63,151 nucleotides of DNA, filler included, from 6 parts of 6 records of this genome joined end to end with filler, not necessarily neighbours in it; one strand, 5' to 3'; shown: positions 1-10,602, counted from the whole stretch's first letter. Program-made: numbers and translations. The notes: generated from the letters alone by a model not told the origin.

Positions 1-104
1 GGAGTGGAAACGGAGCTGACCTTGGATGAGAAAGAAGGTTGATGCACAGCAAGAAAGTCAAATCGAAGCAATCCCCTCGCCGGTTAAAAGATGTACAGAT
101 AAGC

Positions 105-761
105 TTAATATTCAGTAGAATAAACAGCGACCGATTTCATTTTTTCAAAATGAGCTCTGATACATGTTATAGCCAGTTCAACATTTTCCTCTTCTATCGC
201 ATCTAACAACGCCAAATGCTCTTGGTTGGCGTCGTTTATTCTCCCTGCGCTTTGGATCGCCTGGATTGAAATAACCTGAATAAGATTTTGTAGGTATGAA
301 TAGAGTTTAGGTAGTCGATGGTTGGGACTCAGGGCAAGGATTGCATTATGAAATTTATTGTCGGTCGCAATAAACACCTTGGGGTCCATACTTGAAGAAA
401 TCTCTGCAAAATTTTGTCTGAACTCAGCTACCGGAAAGGAGGCAAGTCTGCTGCCCGATGTTTGCAGGGCATAAGTCTCCAGCAGTAAACGTAAATCTAG
501 AATATCTGCGGCATCTTCTGCTGATATTTGAACCACCGAGTGACTGGTACGCGGAGTGATGATAATCAAATCATCCTGCGCTAATTTATGTAAAGCATCC
601 CGAATGGGGGTAACACTTAAATTCAGTCGGCTGGACAAGTCGTCCAGAACTATTCTTTCTCCCGGCCCGAGCTCACCAGTGAGAATCATGGTTTTGATCT
701 CATCATAGGCAATCTCCCCCAGATTGGGGCGTGGCCTTCTGCTTTTCTTATCAGCGCTCAT
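105..761 (-). CDS. GntR family (FCD/FadR subfamily) transcriptional regulator
   Basis: N-terminal wHTH (AYDEIKTMILTGELGPGERI...SVTPIRDAL) and FCD domain (DNKFHNAIL...EHLALLDAI). Confidence 0.93.
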   Translation of the reverse strand: MSADKKSRRPRPNLGEIAYDEIKTMILTGELGPGERIVLDDLSSRLNLSVTPIRDALHKLAQDDLIIITPRTSHSVVQISAEDAADILDLRLLLETYALQTSGSRLASFPVAEFRQNFAEISSSMDPKVFIATDNKFHNAILALSPNHRLPKLYSYLQNLIQVISIQAIQSAGRINDANQEHLALLDAIEEENVELAITCIRAHFEKMKSVAVYSTEY

Positions 762-817
762 TCAGCTTCACTCAGGGTAAAATTAATGAATTGACAACGG
801 TTCCCCCAAAATTGCGT

Positions 818-2089
818 CTACTTTTCAGACAGTTGCCCCACGGTCCGCCCATCCACTTCATTAGCGGTCCTGCAGATACAATGTAGTAATACATCCGCCC
901 CTGCCGCACAATCGTCATAGGAAGTATCTTCACTCGGCGAGTGGCTTTTGCCTCCAATACTGGGCACAAAAATCATTGCCCCTGGAGCAACTTGGTTAAT
1001 GTAGAGCATGTCATGGGAGGCACCGCTGTACATTTTTTTGGAACTGAGGCCGACTTTATCCGCACTTTCTTCCACTATGTTGACCAGGCGAGGGTCGAAA
1101 TCAGCCCGCTGTTCCTGCCAGATCTGTTGAATATTGACTAGACAATTTTCCTCTTCGCTAATCTTTGTAATTACCTGCTCCATCTCTCTGCAAACGCTGT
1201 TGGTAGCATCCTGGTTCCACCCTCTTATATCAACGGTAAAGTGGACTTGGCCGGGTATGATGTTTCTTGAGTTCGGGCTCACATGCAACTCGCCAATCGT
1301 TGCCACAAGATGTTCTGTCTCCACAGCCAGCCTGCGAATTTCTGCTGCCATCCGACAAAAAGCCTGCAAGGAGTCTCTGCGCTCGCTCATCGGTGTAGAA
1401 CCGGCGTGATTTGCCTCGCCTTTTACCTCGATATCATACCAGTGAGGCGACACTATACCTTCAGGGATGCCAATACTGATCTTTTCCTTGTCAAGCAGCG
1501 GCCCCTGTTCAACGTGTAGCTCAAATGCAGCATGAAGAGGCAAAGAGGGACCAACAGCATCACCTGCAAACCCGATATCGAGGAGTGCCTGCTTCAAGTT
1601 GGTGCCGGTTTTATCCTGCAGTGTATACATATCTTCCAGTTCGAGTTTTCCGCACCACACTCCTGACCCTGTGCAACCGGGAGTAAAACGGGTGCCTTCC
1701 TCGTTGGTCCAATTAACCACGATAAAATCGCGTTCCAGTTCAATATTGTTTTCGTTTAAGACACCCAGTATCTCCAATCCGGCAAGGACCCCCAAAGTGC
1801 CATCAAATCTGCCCCCGTTAGGCTGGGTATCATTATGTGACCCTGTGAGAACTGGAGCCAGGTTCCTTCTTTTTCCTGGCCTGGTTGCAAAGATATTACC
1901 GATGGCATCAATCTTTACCTCGCACTGCTCTTCTTCAAACCAGCGAATCAACTGCTCACGTCCCAATTTATCTTCCTGACTCAAAGTAATGCGGGTAATG
2001 CCCTGACCGGCAATCTTTCCAAAGCCTGCCATTATTTCAAGACGCTCCTGCATGCGTTTTTTATTGACCCTTATATTCTGCAGCATCAC
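818..2089 (-). CDS. M20 Zn-dependent amidohydrolase (allantoate amidohydrolase / N-carbamoylase family)
   Basis: Motifs GSHNDTQPNGGRFDG, WTNEEGTRF, ELHVEQGP, GEANHAG, SGASHD; adjacent to allE. Confidence 0.9.
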   Translation of the reverse strand: MMLQNIRVNKKRMQERLEIMAGFGKIAGQGITRITLSQEDKLGREQLIRWFEEEQCEVKIDAIGNIFATRPGKRRNLAPVLTGSHNDTQPNGGRFDGTLGVLAGLEILGVLNENNIELERDFIVVNWTNEEGTRFTPGCTGSGVWCGKLELEDMYTLQDKTGTNLKQALLDIGFAGDAVGPSLPLHAAFELHVEQGPLLDKEKISIGIPEGIVSPHWYDIEVKGEANHAGSTPMSERRDSLQAFCRMAAEIRRLAVETEHLVATIGELHVSPNSRNIIPGQVHFTVDIRGWNQDATNSVCREMEQVITKISEEENCLVNIQQIWQEQRADFDPRLVNIVEESADKVGLSSKKMYSGASHDMLYINQVAPGAMIFVPSIGGKSHSPSEDTSYDDCAAGADVLLHCICRTANEVDGRTVGQLSEK

Positions 2090-2143
2090 ATTTTATTATA
2101 TCTAGAGTAAGTTCAAAGTGTATTTAATCACATGAAATTCATT

Positions 2144-2914
2144 TTATATTTCAGGGTCACGGTTGCAATCTTTAGAGTAAATATAGGTCAAGCGGCCTCT
2201 ACCTGTGGCATAAACAGCCTGCTGAACGAAGGGGCCAAAAAAAATAAAATCTTCTTTTTCCACTTGTATCCATTCTTCTCCAAGCAGATAAATACCCTCA
2301 CCTTCATAGATATAGGCGCCATGCTCCTGAACATGAGTCTCAACAAAAGGATGACAGCCCGATGGTAGAAAGCTTAAGGTATGCATGTTCATGTCAAAGC
2401 TTAGATCTGTTGGCAAGAGATCGCGAACAAAAACATTTTCCATGTCATCATAGATCTGTTCATCTATCTCGTTAATATTTCCGAAAATATCATGAGGACG
2501 CTTTTCTTCAAACGGGATATAACGTTGCTTATAGAGTAAAAAGCGAACAGGCTTCTCTGTCCGATTAATAAATGAGAGATTGCTGTCCGGTGAGGAGTAT
2601 GCATAGCCACCAGGCTTCAGGATGCATTGGCTACCATTCAGTACCACCTCCATCTCACCTTCCGGATCGAGGAGAAAGATAAAACTTTCTATATGCTTAT
2701 CATCTGCAAAAGGTTTTACGGTTCCGCCTCCTGGATGGGCCGTCCCTATATACTGAACAAAACTCGCTCCCATTTTTGGAGAGGCAAGAACGGACATGTC
2801 GCATCTCTCAATATTCGGGATAACGTTTTTCACCCTACCTTGAGGAGGAATTACCGCATATTGACCTGGTTTTATTACTGCTCTTGTCTTTAAAAGTCCT
2901 TCTGGGTACCCCAT
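2144..2914 (-). CDS. allE: (S)-ureidoglycine aminohydrolase (bicupin, YlbA/AllE)
   Basis: MGYP...TRAVIKPG start; DLLPTDLSFDMNMHTLSF, ETHVQEHGAY, YIYSKDCNRD. Confidence 0.93.
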   Translation of the reverse strand: MGYPEGLLKTRAVIKPGQYAVIPPQGRVKNVIPNIERCDMSVLASPKMGASFVQYIGTAHPGGGTVKPFADDKHIESFIFLLDPEGEMEVVLNGSQCILKPGGYAYSSPDSNLSFINRTEKPVRFLLYKQRYIPFEEKRPHDIFGNINEIDEQIYDDMENVFVRDLLPTDLSFDMNMHTLSFLPSGCHPFVETHVQEHGAYIYEGEGIYLLGEEWIQVEKEDFIFFGPFVQQAVYATGRGRLTYIYSKDCNRDPEI

Positions 2915-2982
2915 GATTGCTCCTTTATGCTGTGCTCATATGATGCTATGAGATATCTATACCTGATAGTAATGTAACTTCG

Positions 2983-5058
2983 TTATTGAACCAGTTTCCT
3001 GAATTCCAAACAGTATGCTTCTATATCTGACTCAAGTGTGAATTTTTCCTTGTCGATCTTGCAGATCTCCTGCCAGGGATCTGTAGATGCCTGAATCTCA
3101 TCAATGGTGAAAGGAAGCAGTAACTCCGTGGCAAACTCAACCGGTTTGCTATGAGTCATCATCTGGAGGATAAGTCTGAGCGCCACCGGGTACCATTTAC
3201 CTGTTTGCGCATTCCATTTCACCTGAACTCGTTTCGTCTCCCCCTTTTGATCTTTTCTTATACATTGTAATTCTTCATGGGCGATCTCCACTAACCGTCT
3301 TCGACCAAGACGGCCATGATGTACTTCATGCCACACTTCCCACCTTGAGCGCTCTGCAGTAGCAAGATCATCCATGATGCGTACAGGTTGTCCTTCTAGG
3401 GTTGCAGGCAGGGCAACACAGCCATTGCCTGTCAGCCAGTCTGTTATGTACTGGAGACTTTGAAACACATTGTAGCGAACTTCTGCTTCATCGCTGCTTG
3501 GATTCTGCTGTGATTCAACAAGGTCTGCAGCCAGAAGAGCCCTGGGAAAATTGTTACACGATGCATCCAGGCCGTTAATATCTTTCCCGTATACAAATCG
3601 TAAAACCTCTTCATGGTACCGGGGCTGCAGCAGGGATCGGACCAAATCATCCATTGATGTCTGATCCCCTTGCTGATATTCATTCCATGCCTGCATCAGA
3701 GCCATTCCGACACGAACGAAATCTGGATGGGCCACCCAAAATCCGTTTAAATCCCGTTTGAGTTGGGTCACGACATCCCGAATAAAACCCTTGATGGAAA
3801 CCTGGAAGGAATCACTTGCTATATCAACTGAATCCGGAAGCACACCATACATGCCTCCGACTTTGATTCCCCCTCGTTTACCGACCACATTGGCGAGCAA
3901 TTCATGACTCGCCTTAATGTATTTAATCACGATATCCGGATCGCTTTTGACTGGGATTCGATAGTTATGGTCCTCTTTAAATAACCTTGCCGTTGCAGCA
4001 ATGTAATCGTGCCATCCTAAGGATGCCCCCGCGAAATAGGGGTCAAGCGCATCCATTATTTCATTGACCCGAAAAATTGCCCGTGGATTTTCAACTACAA
4101 TCATCAGGCGAATTGTTCCTGGCTGATACTGGGGGTGACGATCCTGGATCAGTGATTCCGCAGTGGATATAAGTGTTCTCAGGTACCTTGCCTCTTCCTC
4201 ATTTTCCAGCTTTGGGATGTAGAAAACCAGAGCTTTTGGATTATCCCAACATTGGTGCAGGTGAAGGGCAAAGTCATACACATGCAGTGGAATCGGATTG
4301 TCTTGATAAAAAAGAAAATAGGAGGGCAATGCTATCCCTGGAATTCGTTTTATGGGCAGGGAAGATTTGTCCTGGGAGATTTTGTACTCTCTGCCCTGTT
4401 CAACGACCGTAAGCGATCTATCAAAACACTGGGTCAAGTTCTGGCTGGCTAGCATCAGGTCGTGGCGTAAAGGTGTTTTTGAATCCTCATCATCTGCACC
4501 CCACTTAGGCCTGCTCTCCAATTTTGTAAGAAGACGGCTTATAATTTCAGGTTCATTTTTCAGCTGTCGGTGAAATGCGTTCATGGCATTAATTGACAAC
4601 TTAGCAGAATCAGGTGGTCCGAAAAGCGTAACATGTGGAGGTGCCAACCACCTTGGTATTCCTGCAACCTGCGCGCCTTTACCTTTGAAATAGTGGTCGG
4701 AAACAGGTCCGACTACAACCCTGTCCTCGTGATCTCGTAACCCGATAACGGTGGCATAGGTATCTGCAAGGTAATTACTATCCTGTTGTTTATTCTTTTC
4801 AAGACACTTGGTGGTTTCGGTATCAATAAATTCACGGTCTCTGTCTCGCTGCTCAAGGATACGAATTAAATCATTTTTTGTCTGCTGGTAAAGCTCGCAG
4901 ACAAACTGCAGGCTTTTATCGTTTTCAAGGCCGGTACACGAGCCGATTTCAGCTAAACCTGGCACACCTGAGACTGGAGTAGCCTGATCAAGGAGGTAGC
5001 TGAGGCAGGAATCCGATAAAAAACGTGTAAACGGAAGTACTTCACGATTCATGGGCAT
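2983..5058 (-). CDS. Divergent malate synthase (691 aa)
   Basis: FYIPKLENEEEA, GFWVAHPDFV and MDDLATAERSRWEVW match malate synthase A motifs (FYLPKLE, GTWVAHP, MEDAATAEISR); long N-terminal extension. Confidence 0.85.
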   Translation of the reverse strand: MPMNREVLPFTRFLSDSCLSYLLDQATPVSGVPGLAEIGSCTGLENDKSLQFVCELYQQTKNDLIRILEQRDRDREFIDTETTKCLEKNKQQDSNYLADTYATVIGLRDHEDRVVVGPVSDHYFKGKGAQVAGIPRWLAPPHVTLFGPPDSAKLSINAMNAFHRQLKNEPEIISRLLTKLESRPKWGADDEDSKTPLRHDLMLASQNLTQCFDRSLTVVEQGREYKISQDKSSLPIKRIPGIALPSYFLFYQDNPIPLHVYDFALHLHQCWDNPKALVFYIPKLENEEEARYLRTLISTAESLIQDRHPQYQPGTIRLMIVVENPRAIFRVNEIMDALDPYFAGASLGWHDYIAATARLFKEDHNYRIPVKSDPDIVIKYIKASHELLANVVGKRGGIKVGGMYGVLPDSVDIASDSFQVSIKGFIRDVVTQLKRDLNGFWVAHPDFVRVGMALMQAWNEYQQGDQTSMDDLVRSLLQPRYHEEVLRFVYGKDINGLDASCNNFPRALLAADLVESQQNPSSDEAEVRYNVFQSLQYITDWLTGNGCVALPATLEGQPVRIMDDLATAERSRWEVWHEVHHGRLGRRRLVEIAHEELQCIRKDQKGETKRVQVKWNAQTGKWYPVALRLILQMMTHSKPVEFATELLLPFTIDEIQASTDPWQEICKIDKEKFTLESDIEAYCLEFRKLVQ

Positions 5059-5121
5059 TCTCTTTTATGCAATACTGTAAGTTTCTGTTCAGAGTCGAGT
5101 AAACATCTATCATGGACATTG

Positions 5122-5850
5122 TTAAGAAACCGATTTGACAAAGGATGCCAGCTCTGGGGTACGGGGATTGGCGAACAACTCACGGGGACTACCCATTTCA
5201 TGTACTTTCCCCTGGTGCATAAATATTAGGGTGTCTCCGACCTCACGAGCAAATCGCATCTCATGGGTTACCATGATTAAGGTCATCCCTTCAGCTGCAA
5301 GACGCTGCACAACCTCCAGCACCTCGCTCACTAATTCCGGATCCAGGGCTGATGTGATCTCATCACAGAGCAGGACCTTGGGCTGCATTGCAAGGGACCG
5401 TGCGATGGCAACCCGCTGCTGCTGCCCCCCGGATAATTGATCGGGAAAGGCGTTGAACTTATCAGCAAGCCCGACCCGCTCAAGCATGTCTTTAGCAAGT
5501 TCGCGGACTTCTCGTTTGGTCACCTTTTTAACCACTTGAGGTGCCAGCATTACATTCTCGCCGGCACTGAGGTGAGGGAAAAGGTTGAACTGCTGAAAAA
5601 CCATGCCCACCTTTAGGCGGAGAGGAATAAGATCTGCCTTGAGACCGCTCACCCGCTCACCATCGATATTGATGAACCCATCACCAAATGACTCCAGCCC
5701 ATTCAGCACCCGAAGCAGAGTACTTTTCCCCGATCCGCTACGCCCAATAATGGCGACGACGTCGCCTTCGTTAACTTTAAACGTGACCCCTTTTAACACT
5801 TCGAGATCACCAAAACTCTTATGTAGTTCTTCAACGTGAATGAGTGACAT
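5122..5850 (-). CDS. Polar amino acid ABC transporter ATP-binding protein (GlnQ-like)
   Basis: Walker A GRSGSGKS, LSGGQQQRVAIAR, DEITSALDPEL. Confidence 0.95.
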   Translation of the reverse strand: MSLIHVEELHKSFGDLEVLKGVTFKVNEGDVVAIIGRSGSGKSTLLRVLNGLESFGDGFINIDGERVSGLKADLIPLRLKVGMVFQQFNLFPHLSAGENVMLAPQVVKKVTKREVRELAKDMLERVGLADKFNAFPDQLSGGQQQRVAIARSLAMQPKVLLCDEITSALDPELVSEVLEVVQRLAAEGMTLIMVTHEMRFAREVGDTLIFMHQGKVHEMGSPRELFANPRTPELASFVKSVS

Positions 5851-6487
5851 GCAATCCTCTCTCTACGCGCCGGGCAAAAGCCGACAGTGGAAAACAAATT
5901 AAAAAATATCCCAAAGCAACCAGGCCGTAAACAAGCAGAGGCTTAAAGGTCGCATTCGCTATCATGGTTCCTGTTTTGGTGATTTCCATAAAACCAATAA
6001 TGGATGTAACGGCAGTACCCTTGACCACCTGGACGGAAAAACCGACCGTGGGCGGCAGAGAAATCCGAATTGCCTGGGGAAGTATGACATAACGCATCTG
6101 CTGCCAGCGGTTCATTGCAAGGCTAGCGGAAGCCTCCCATTGGCCGAAGGGGAGAGATTCAACACACCCCCGCCAAATCTCGGCAAGATATGCACTGGTA
6201 AAAAGAGTCAATCCAATGAGGGCAGTAATGATTGGTGAAATATCGATCCCAATGAGTGCGAGGCCGAAAAAAAGTAAAAACAGTTGCATGAGCAAAGGGG
6301 TACCCTGAAAAAACTCAATGTATAATTTTGCTGCAATCTGTAAAAATGGCTTTGGTGAAATTCTGGCGAAAAGCGTTATCATTCCGGCTGTACTGCCAAG
6401 AATGAAAGCAGCAAGAGAAAGACCTGCTGTCCATCCCATACCTATGAGCAGGTGTGAGATGATGTCCCAAAGAGTAAACTGTATCAT
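5831..6487 (-). CDS. Polar amino acid ABC transporter permease
   Basis: YIEFFQGTPLLMQLF, EAA-like loop GQWEASASLAM, hydrophobic segments. Confidence 0.94.
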   Translation of the reverse strand: MIQFTLWDIISHLLIGMGWTAGLSLAAFILGSTAGMITLFARISPKPFLQIAAKLYIEFFQGTPLLMQLFLLFFGLALIGIDISPIITALIGLTLFTSAYLAEIWRGCVESLPFGQWEASASLAMNRWQQMRYVILPQAIRISLPPTVGFSVQVVKGTAVTSIIGFMEITKTGTMIANATFKPLLVYGLVALGYFLICFPLSAFARRVERGLHVTHSR

Positions 6488-7167
6488 GCACGCCTCCCTT
6501 CAATAAAATAAACACCGATTAACTGGAGACATTTTCTCACCATAACTGCGAGCGCCAGGTACATTAAGGTACTTGTAAAGTAAATCTCAAAGGCTCGAAA
6601 GGTTCGTGTCTGGATAAGATTTGCCGCGTAGGTCAGCTCCTGAGTGGCAATCTGAGAACAGACAGAAGAACCCAGCATGACGATGATGATCTGACTACAG
6701 AGGGCAGGCCATACATTTTTAAATGCCGGTCGCAGAATCACATACCGAAGTGCCTGCCAACGATTCATGGCAAGAGATTCAGCAGCCTCAAGGAGTCCTT
6801 TGGGAATCGATACAACCCCTGCCCGGATAATTTCAGAAGAATAGGCACCCAAATTAATGATCATGGCCAGTACCGATGCCTCCGAACCGTTTAGCTTTAT
6901 CCCAAGTGCCGGGAGGCCGAAGAAGATAAAGTACAACTGCACCAGAAAAGGGGTATTGCGAATACATTCGATATAGACGGTAAAAAAAGGTGACAAAACA
7001 GGCAGCGACCAGGCACGGGACACTGCCCCCACAGTACCTATAGCGATTCCAATAATTGAACCGATTGCTGTCAGCATCACTGTCATTGCTGCGCCCTTTG
7101 CCAGTATCTCCCAGTTACTAAGAATGGCCTCAAAGGAAAATTGGTACACCATACTGAATGTCTCCAT
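6484..7167 (-). CDS. Polar amino acid ABC transporter permease
   Basis: YIECIRNTPFLVQL, GAYSSEIIRAG, EAAESLAM. Confidence 0.94.
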   Translation of the reverse strand: METFSMVYQFSFEAILSNWEILAKGAAMTVMLTAIGSIIGIAIGTVGAVSRAWSLPVLSPFFTVYIECIRNTPFLVQLYFIFFGLPALGIKLNGSEASVLAMIINLGAYSSEIIRAGVVSIPKGLLEAAESLAMNRWQALRYVILRPAFKNVWPALCSQIIIVMLGSSVCSQIATQELTYAANLIQTRTFRAFEIYFTSTLMYLALAVMVRKCLQLIGVYFIEGRRA

Positions 7168-7212
7168 AAAGTGGGGGGAGTGGCAGCCACTGAGGTGACT
7201 ACCACGTTCGGC

Positions 7213-8013
7213 TTACAGCTCCTGGGGAAGTTTGATGTGGAGCCATTTCTCGGAGATAATCTCAAGAGAACCATCTGTTTTTGAGGCAGCAATAATCTCA
7301 TTGAGTTTGATCATCAGCTTGGATTGCTTCTTATTGATACCGATATAACAGGGGGAATTTTTAATGAGGAACTTGGATTCCAGCATTTTAGTAGGTTTTT
7401 GCTCATTAATCGAAGCGGCAACAACGTTGCCTGTCGCAACCAATTCCACCTGACCGGAAAGATAGGCAGAGATGGTTGAGCTGTTATCTTCAAAACGTTG
7501 AATCACAGCTGACTCTGGCGCAATTTTTGTGAGTTCAAGGTCTTCAATGGAACCACGGGTTACGGCAATTGTTTTTTCCGCTAGATCTGCGGCTTTTTCT
7601 ACTTTTGCATTCTCTGGCCCAAATACACCGTTAAAAAATGGCGCATAGGCGTCAGTAAAATCGATAACTTTTTGGCGATCGGGGTTTTTACCCAACGAGG
7701 AAATAACCAGATCGACTTTACCGGTTGTGAGGTATGGTATTCGGTTAGTACTGGTAACCGGTATCAACTCGAGTTTGGCCCCAAGCTCACTGGCAATCAA
7801 GGTGGCCATGTCAATATCATAACCAATGGGCTTCATATCTGTCCCAACAGAGCCGAAAGGAGGAAAGTCTTGAGGAACAGCTACTTTAACTACTCCGGAA
7901 TTTTCAATTTTTTTCAGAGCATCTGTTGAGCCCTGTGCATGTTGCGGCGTTGCAGCCAAGCTCAGGCCAAGTGCAAAAGTTAAGCAAAGGGAAAGAAGCT
8001 TTCGTTTCATCAT
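7213..8013 (-). CDS. Amino acid ABC transporter substrate-binding protein (SBP_bac_3)
   Basis: Signal peptide; DFPPFG, GYDIDMA, NRIPYLTTGKVDLVISS. Confidence 0.94.
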   Translation of the reverse strand: MMKRKLLSLCLTFALGLSLAATPQHAQGSTDALKKIENSGVVKVAVPQDFPPFGSVGTDMKPIGYDIDMATLIASELGAKLELIPVTSTNRIPYLTTGKVDLVISSLGKNPDRQKVIDFTDAYAPFFNGVFGPENAKVEKAADLAEKTIAVTRGSIEDLELTKIAPESAVIQRFEDNSSTISAYLSGQVELVATGNVVAASINEQKPTKMLESKFLIKNSPCYIGINKKQSKLMIKLNEIIAASKTDGSLEIISEKWLHIKLPQEL

Positions 8014-8091
8014 TGTTCTCCATGTGTTAATTTCGTATCCACTGTAATTAAGCTTCCAAGCATAACTAAATGCTAAGCAGCTACGTCAAAA

Positions 8092-8121
8092 ACATCTTAC
8101 ATGTTATAAGATGTAAGATAT
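8092..8121. promoter_or_regulatory. Probable GntR operator (inverted ATCTTACAT/ATGTAAGAT)
   Basis: 8094-8102 and 8111-8119 are exact reverse complements, just downstream of the sigma54 site; a GntR gene ends the operon. Confidence 0.55.
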
Positions 8122-8123
8122 AA

Positions 8124-8140
8124 AGCATGTTGTGTGCCAA
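8124..8140 (-). promoter_or_regulatory. sigma54 (-24/-12) promoter of the ureide/ABC operon
   Basis: Minus strand reads TTGGCACACAACATGCT, i.e. GG-N10-GC, about 110 nt upstream of the SBP start. Confidence 0.75.
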
Positions 8141-8543
8141 AACGGCCTTAACGTGTGGTATTCCGTTAATGTGAAGATAATATGTTAATAATATAGTATT
8201 TTTTAAGATAGTGGAGGCAGACGCAAATAGAAGATCTTGCAATGTGACAATCAGGTTATTACGTTAATGTGTGTAAATGTTCAAGCTTGAATTAATAGTT
8301 ACATAAATGTGAATTTGGTGGTTTTTGCTTTAAGGCAATGTTCTTCTCTACGGAGTGGCTCACTCTCGATTTGTTTTGGAGAAATCCGCGCAAGAATAAA
8401 AACAGAACAGGTGGGGGGTGGTAGATTTTACAGCAAATTTCCTAAGGTGATCAGGGAACATAATCTGGAATAATTAGAGATAGAGTAAGCCAGGGTTTAT
8501 AGGGGAGATATTGACTTTGGTAAAATTGACCTGCTGGGACATT

Positions 8544-9584
8544 TCACACTTGAGAAGAGTCAAGCAAAGATGGGCCTTTTTTTACGCAAGAGGATACTCT
8601 ATGGCCTTTTCTTATCAGATCTCGCATACCGGCAAGTCTTTTATCAATTCCGAGGAGCTCCGAGATAATTAGCCTTTCCTTCCTGTTGGTCTCCAGGATA
8701 GCCTGAATACCGCCGTTGCGGATAACTAGTCGACGATCTGCAGAAAGCGCCAGCAGCGGATCATGGGTGGCCATCAACACCATTTTTTCCTCCTTGACCA
8801 GAAGCTTTAGGGCGCGACGCCGATCTACACCCGCGTTTTCAATTTCATCAATAAGAACTATGGGCGACGCGCTGAGGCAAGCAACATCAGCTATCATAAG
8901 CGCTCTTGACTGCCCTCCGGATAATGCGGTCACAGGAGTTTCAAGGGTAAACGGTTCTCCAGCAAGTTCAACCGCCGTTCTGAATATATGGTCGATACGG
9001 GAATCTACGTCCGAGACAAGTCGGCTCTCGGCATGCATGCGGACAAAAGCACCAACGCTGAGATCCATGACAAAATTCATGTTTTGTGACAGCTGCGCAA
9101 CCAATTGCTGGTCTCCGGACAGCCGCTTTTTTTCATCCGGCACCTCTTCATCGAGTAGCACCTGCCGGCCGGAAGGAGTATCTTTTTGAGCAAGGCACTC
9201 AATATCAGCCAATAATCTGCTTTTTCCGGATCCTGTCGGGCCTACAACAGCAACGACCTCGCCGACCCTTAGAACTACATCATGCGGTTCTGGATCACCA
9301 TTTTTATCACAGCCTGCTTTTATGGTGACTTCAGTAATTGGATTTTGACGTTGTGAACTGAATGTCTCCATTTGTTCTATAAAATCGAGGCATTGTCTTG
9401 CTAGGGACTGATGATCGAGCGAAAACTCCGTTAGATGAGCACTGGGGATTGATGTCAAAAATTCTTTCAAACTCGCCTGACTCCGTGGCACTATAATTGC
9501 CATCGCGGTGAAAAAATCGAGGAGGTACGGACGTTCCTTGATCAGTGTCGACACCTTTTGATCAAGCATGCGTTCTTTTGTCAT
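8544..9584 (-). CDS. ABC-type ATP-binding protein (family linked to HypB-like GTPase genes in anaerobes)
   Basis: GPTGSGKSRLLADIE, LSGGQSRALMIAD, LIDEIENAG, ATHDP. Confidence 0.85.
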   Translation of the reverse strand: MTKERMLDQKVSTLIKERPYLLDFFTAMAIIVPRSQASLKEFLTSIPSAHLTEFSLDHQSLARQCLDFIEQMETFSSQRQNPITEVTIKAGCDKNGDPEPHDVVLRVGEVVAVVGPTGSGKSRLLADIECLAQKDTPSGRQVLLDEEVPDEKKRLSGDQQLVAQLSQNMNFVMDLSVGAFVRMHAESRLVSDVDSRIDHIFRTAVELAGEPFTLETPVTALSGGQSRALMIADVACLSASPIVLIDEIENAGVDRRRALKLLVKEEKMVLMATHDPLLALSADRRLVIRNGGIQAILETNRKERLIISELLGIDKRLAGMRDLIRKGHRVSSCVKKGPSLLDSSQV

Positions 9585-9826
9585 GAGAAATCCATTGTCT
9601 TGACGTTACCAATCTGGCAATCCTGGCCGATCCGTGTTTCTCCAAGACAGTAGGAGCAAAGCGCGGCCGGCATAGTAAATCGGAGCTTGTAGTTCTCAAG
9701 ACTCGCAGTCGTCGGCGCATTTTGAAAATGCTTCTGAAGCAGCAGATTGCCCTGTCCGGTGAGACCATTAACAGGCAGCACTGCTGCCCTTGCATTAATG
9801 CGTATTCCACTGAATCCGGCCACCCA
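9581..9826 (-). CDS. C-terminal fragment of a HypB/UreG/CobW-like GTP-binding protein (5' truncated by contig edge)
   Basis: VNGLTGQG and LRFTMPAALCSYCLGETRIG tail; overlaps the start of the ATPase. Confidence 0.7.
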   Translation of the reverse strand, partial: WVAGFSGIRINARAAVLPVNGLTGQGNLLLQKHFQNAPTTASLENYKLRFTMPAALCSYCLGETRIGQDCQIGNVKTMDFS

Positions 9827-9926
9827 NNNNNNNNNNNNNNNNNNNNNNNNNNNNNNNNNNNNNNNNNNNNTTAATTAATTAANNNNNNNNNNNNNNNNNN
9901 NNNNNNNNNNNNNNNNNNNNNNNNNN
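9827..9926. other. Artificial contig spacer
   Basis: N44-TTAATTAATTAA-N44, stop codons in all frames. Confidence 0.99.
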
Positions 9927-10562
9927 TACATCGAGCCAAAGCCAATGGAGCCAATGACTCATCAATACGATTATGATAGTGCAACAGTTATTGGATTCCT
10001 AAATAAGTATGGACTTGCTGATGACTTTAAGCTAAATATCGAAGCTAACCATGCAACTTTAGCTGGTCATAGCTTTGCTCATGAACTTCGTGTAGCTCGT
10101 GAAGCAGGTATGCTTGGTTCAATCGATGCAAACCAAGGCGAAACATTCAATGGCTGGGATACAGATAACTTCCCTACAAACGTATATGATATGACAATGG
10201 CAATGTATGAACTAATCAAAGCCGGCGGATATCCAAAGGGCGGAACAAACTTCGATGCCAAACTACGTCGTGCGTCAACTGATCCTAAAGACTTGTTTAA
10301 CGGATATATCACAGGTATGGACACAATGGCATTAGCTTATAAAATCGCTGCAAAGATAATTGAAGACGGCAGACTGGATGAATTCGTAGCAAATCGTTAT
10401 GCAAGCTATAACAGCGGTATTGGTAAGAAAATCATTGACGGCACAGCTACATTTGAAGAACTGGAAAAGCATGCATTAGCATTAGGTGATATCACTAATA
10501 ATGAATCTGGCAGTCAGGAATACCTTGAAGGCGTTATCAACTCTGTAATTTTTAACGGATAA
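9927..10562 (+). CDS. xylA: Xylose isomerase (class II), 5' truncated
   Basis: [53 protein letters not shown]. Confidence 0.96.
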   Translation, partial: YIEPKPMEPMTHQYDYDSATVIGFLNKYGLADDFKLNIEANHATLAGHSFAHELRVAREAGMLGSIDANQGETFNGWDTDNFPTNVYDMTMAMYELIKAGGYPKGGTNFDAKLRRASTDPKDLFNGYITGMDTMALAYKIAAKIIEDGRLDEFVANRYASYNSGIGKKIIDGTATFEELEKHALALGDITNNESGSQEYLEGVINSVIFNG

Positions 10563-10602
10563 TCTAAAACAATAATTCATTTCATTATGTAATATGCTTT
10601 CT

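Noticed and set aside
1-42. Possible 3' end of a plus-strand gene (GVETELTLDEKEG*)
   Set aside because: Too short to identify.
772-9328. Many short antisense or overlapping ORFs (e.g. 1599-1979, 5135-5440, 8716-9189)
   Set aside because: They overlap well-supported genes and carry no recognisable motifs.
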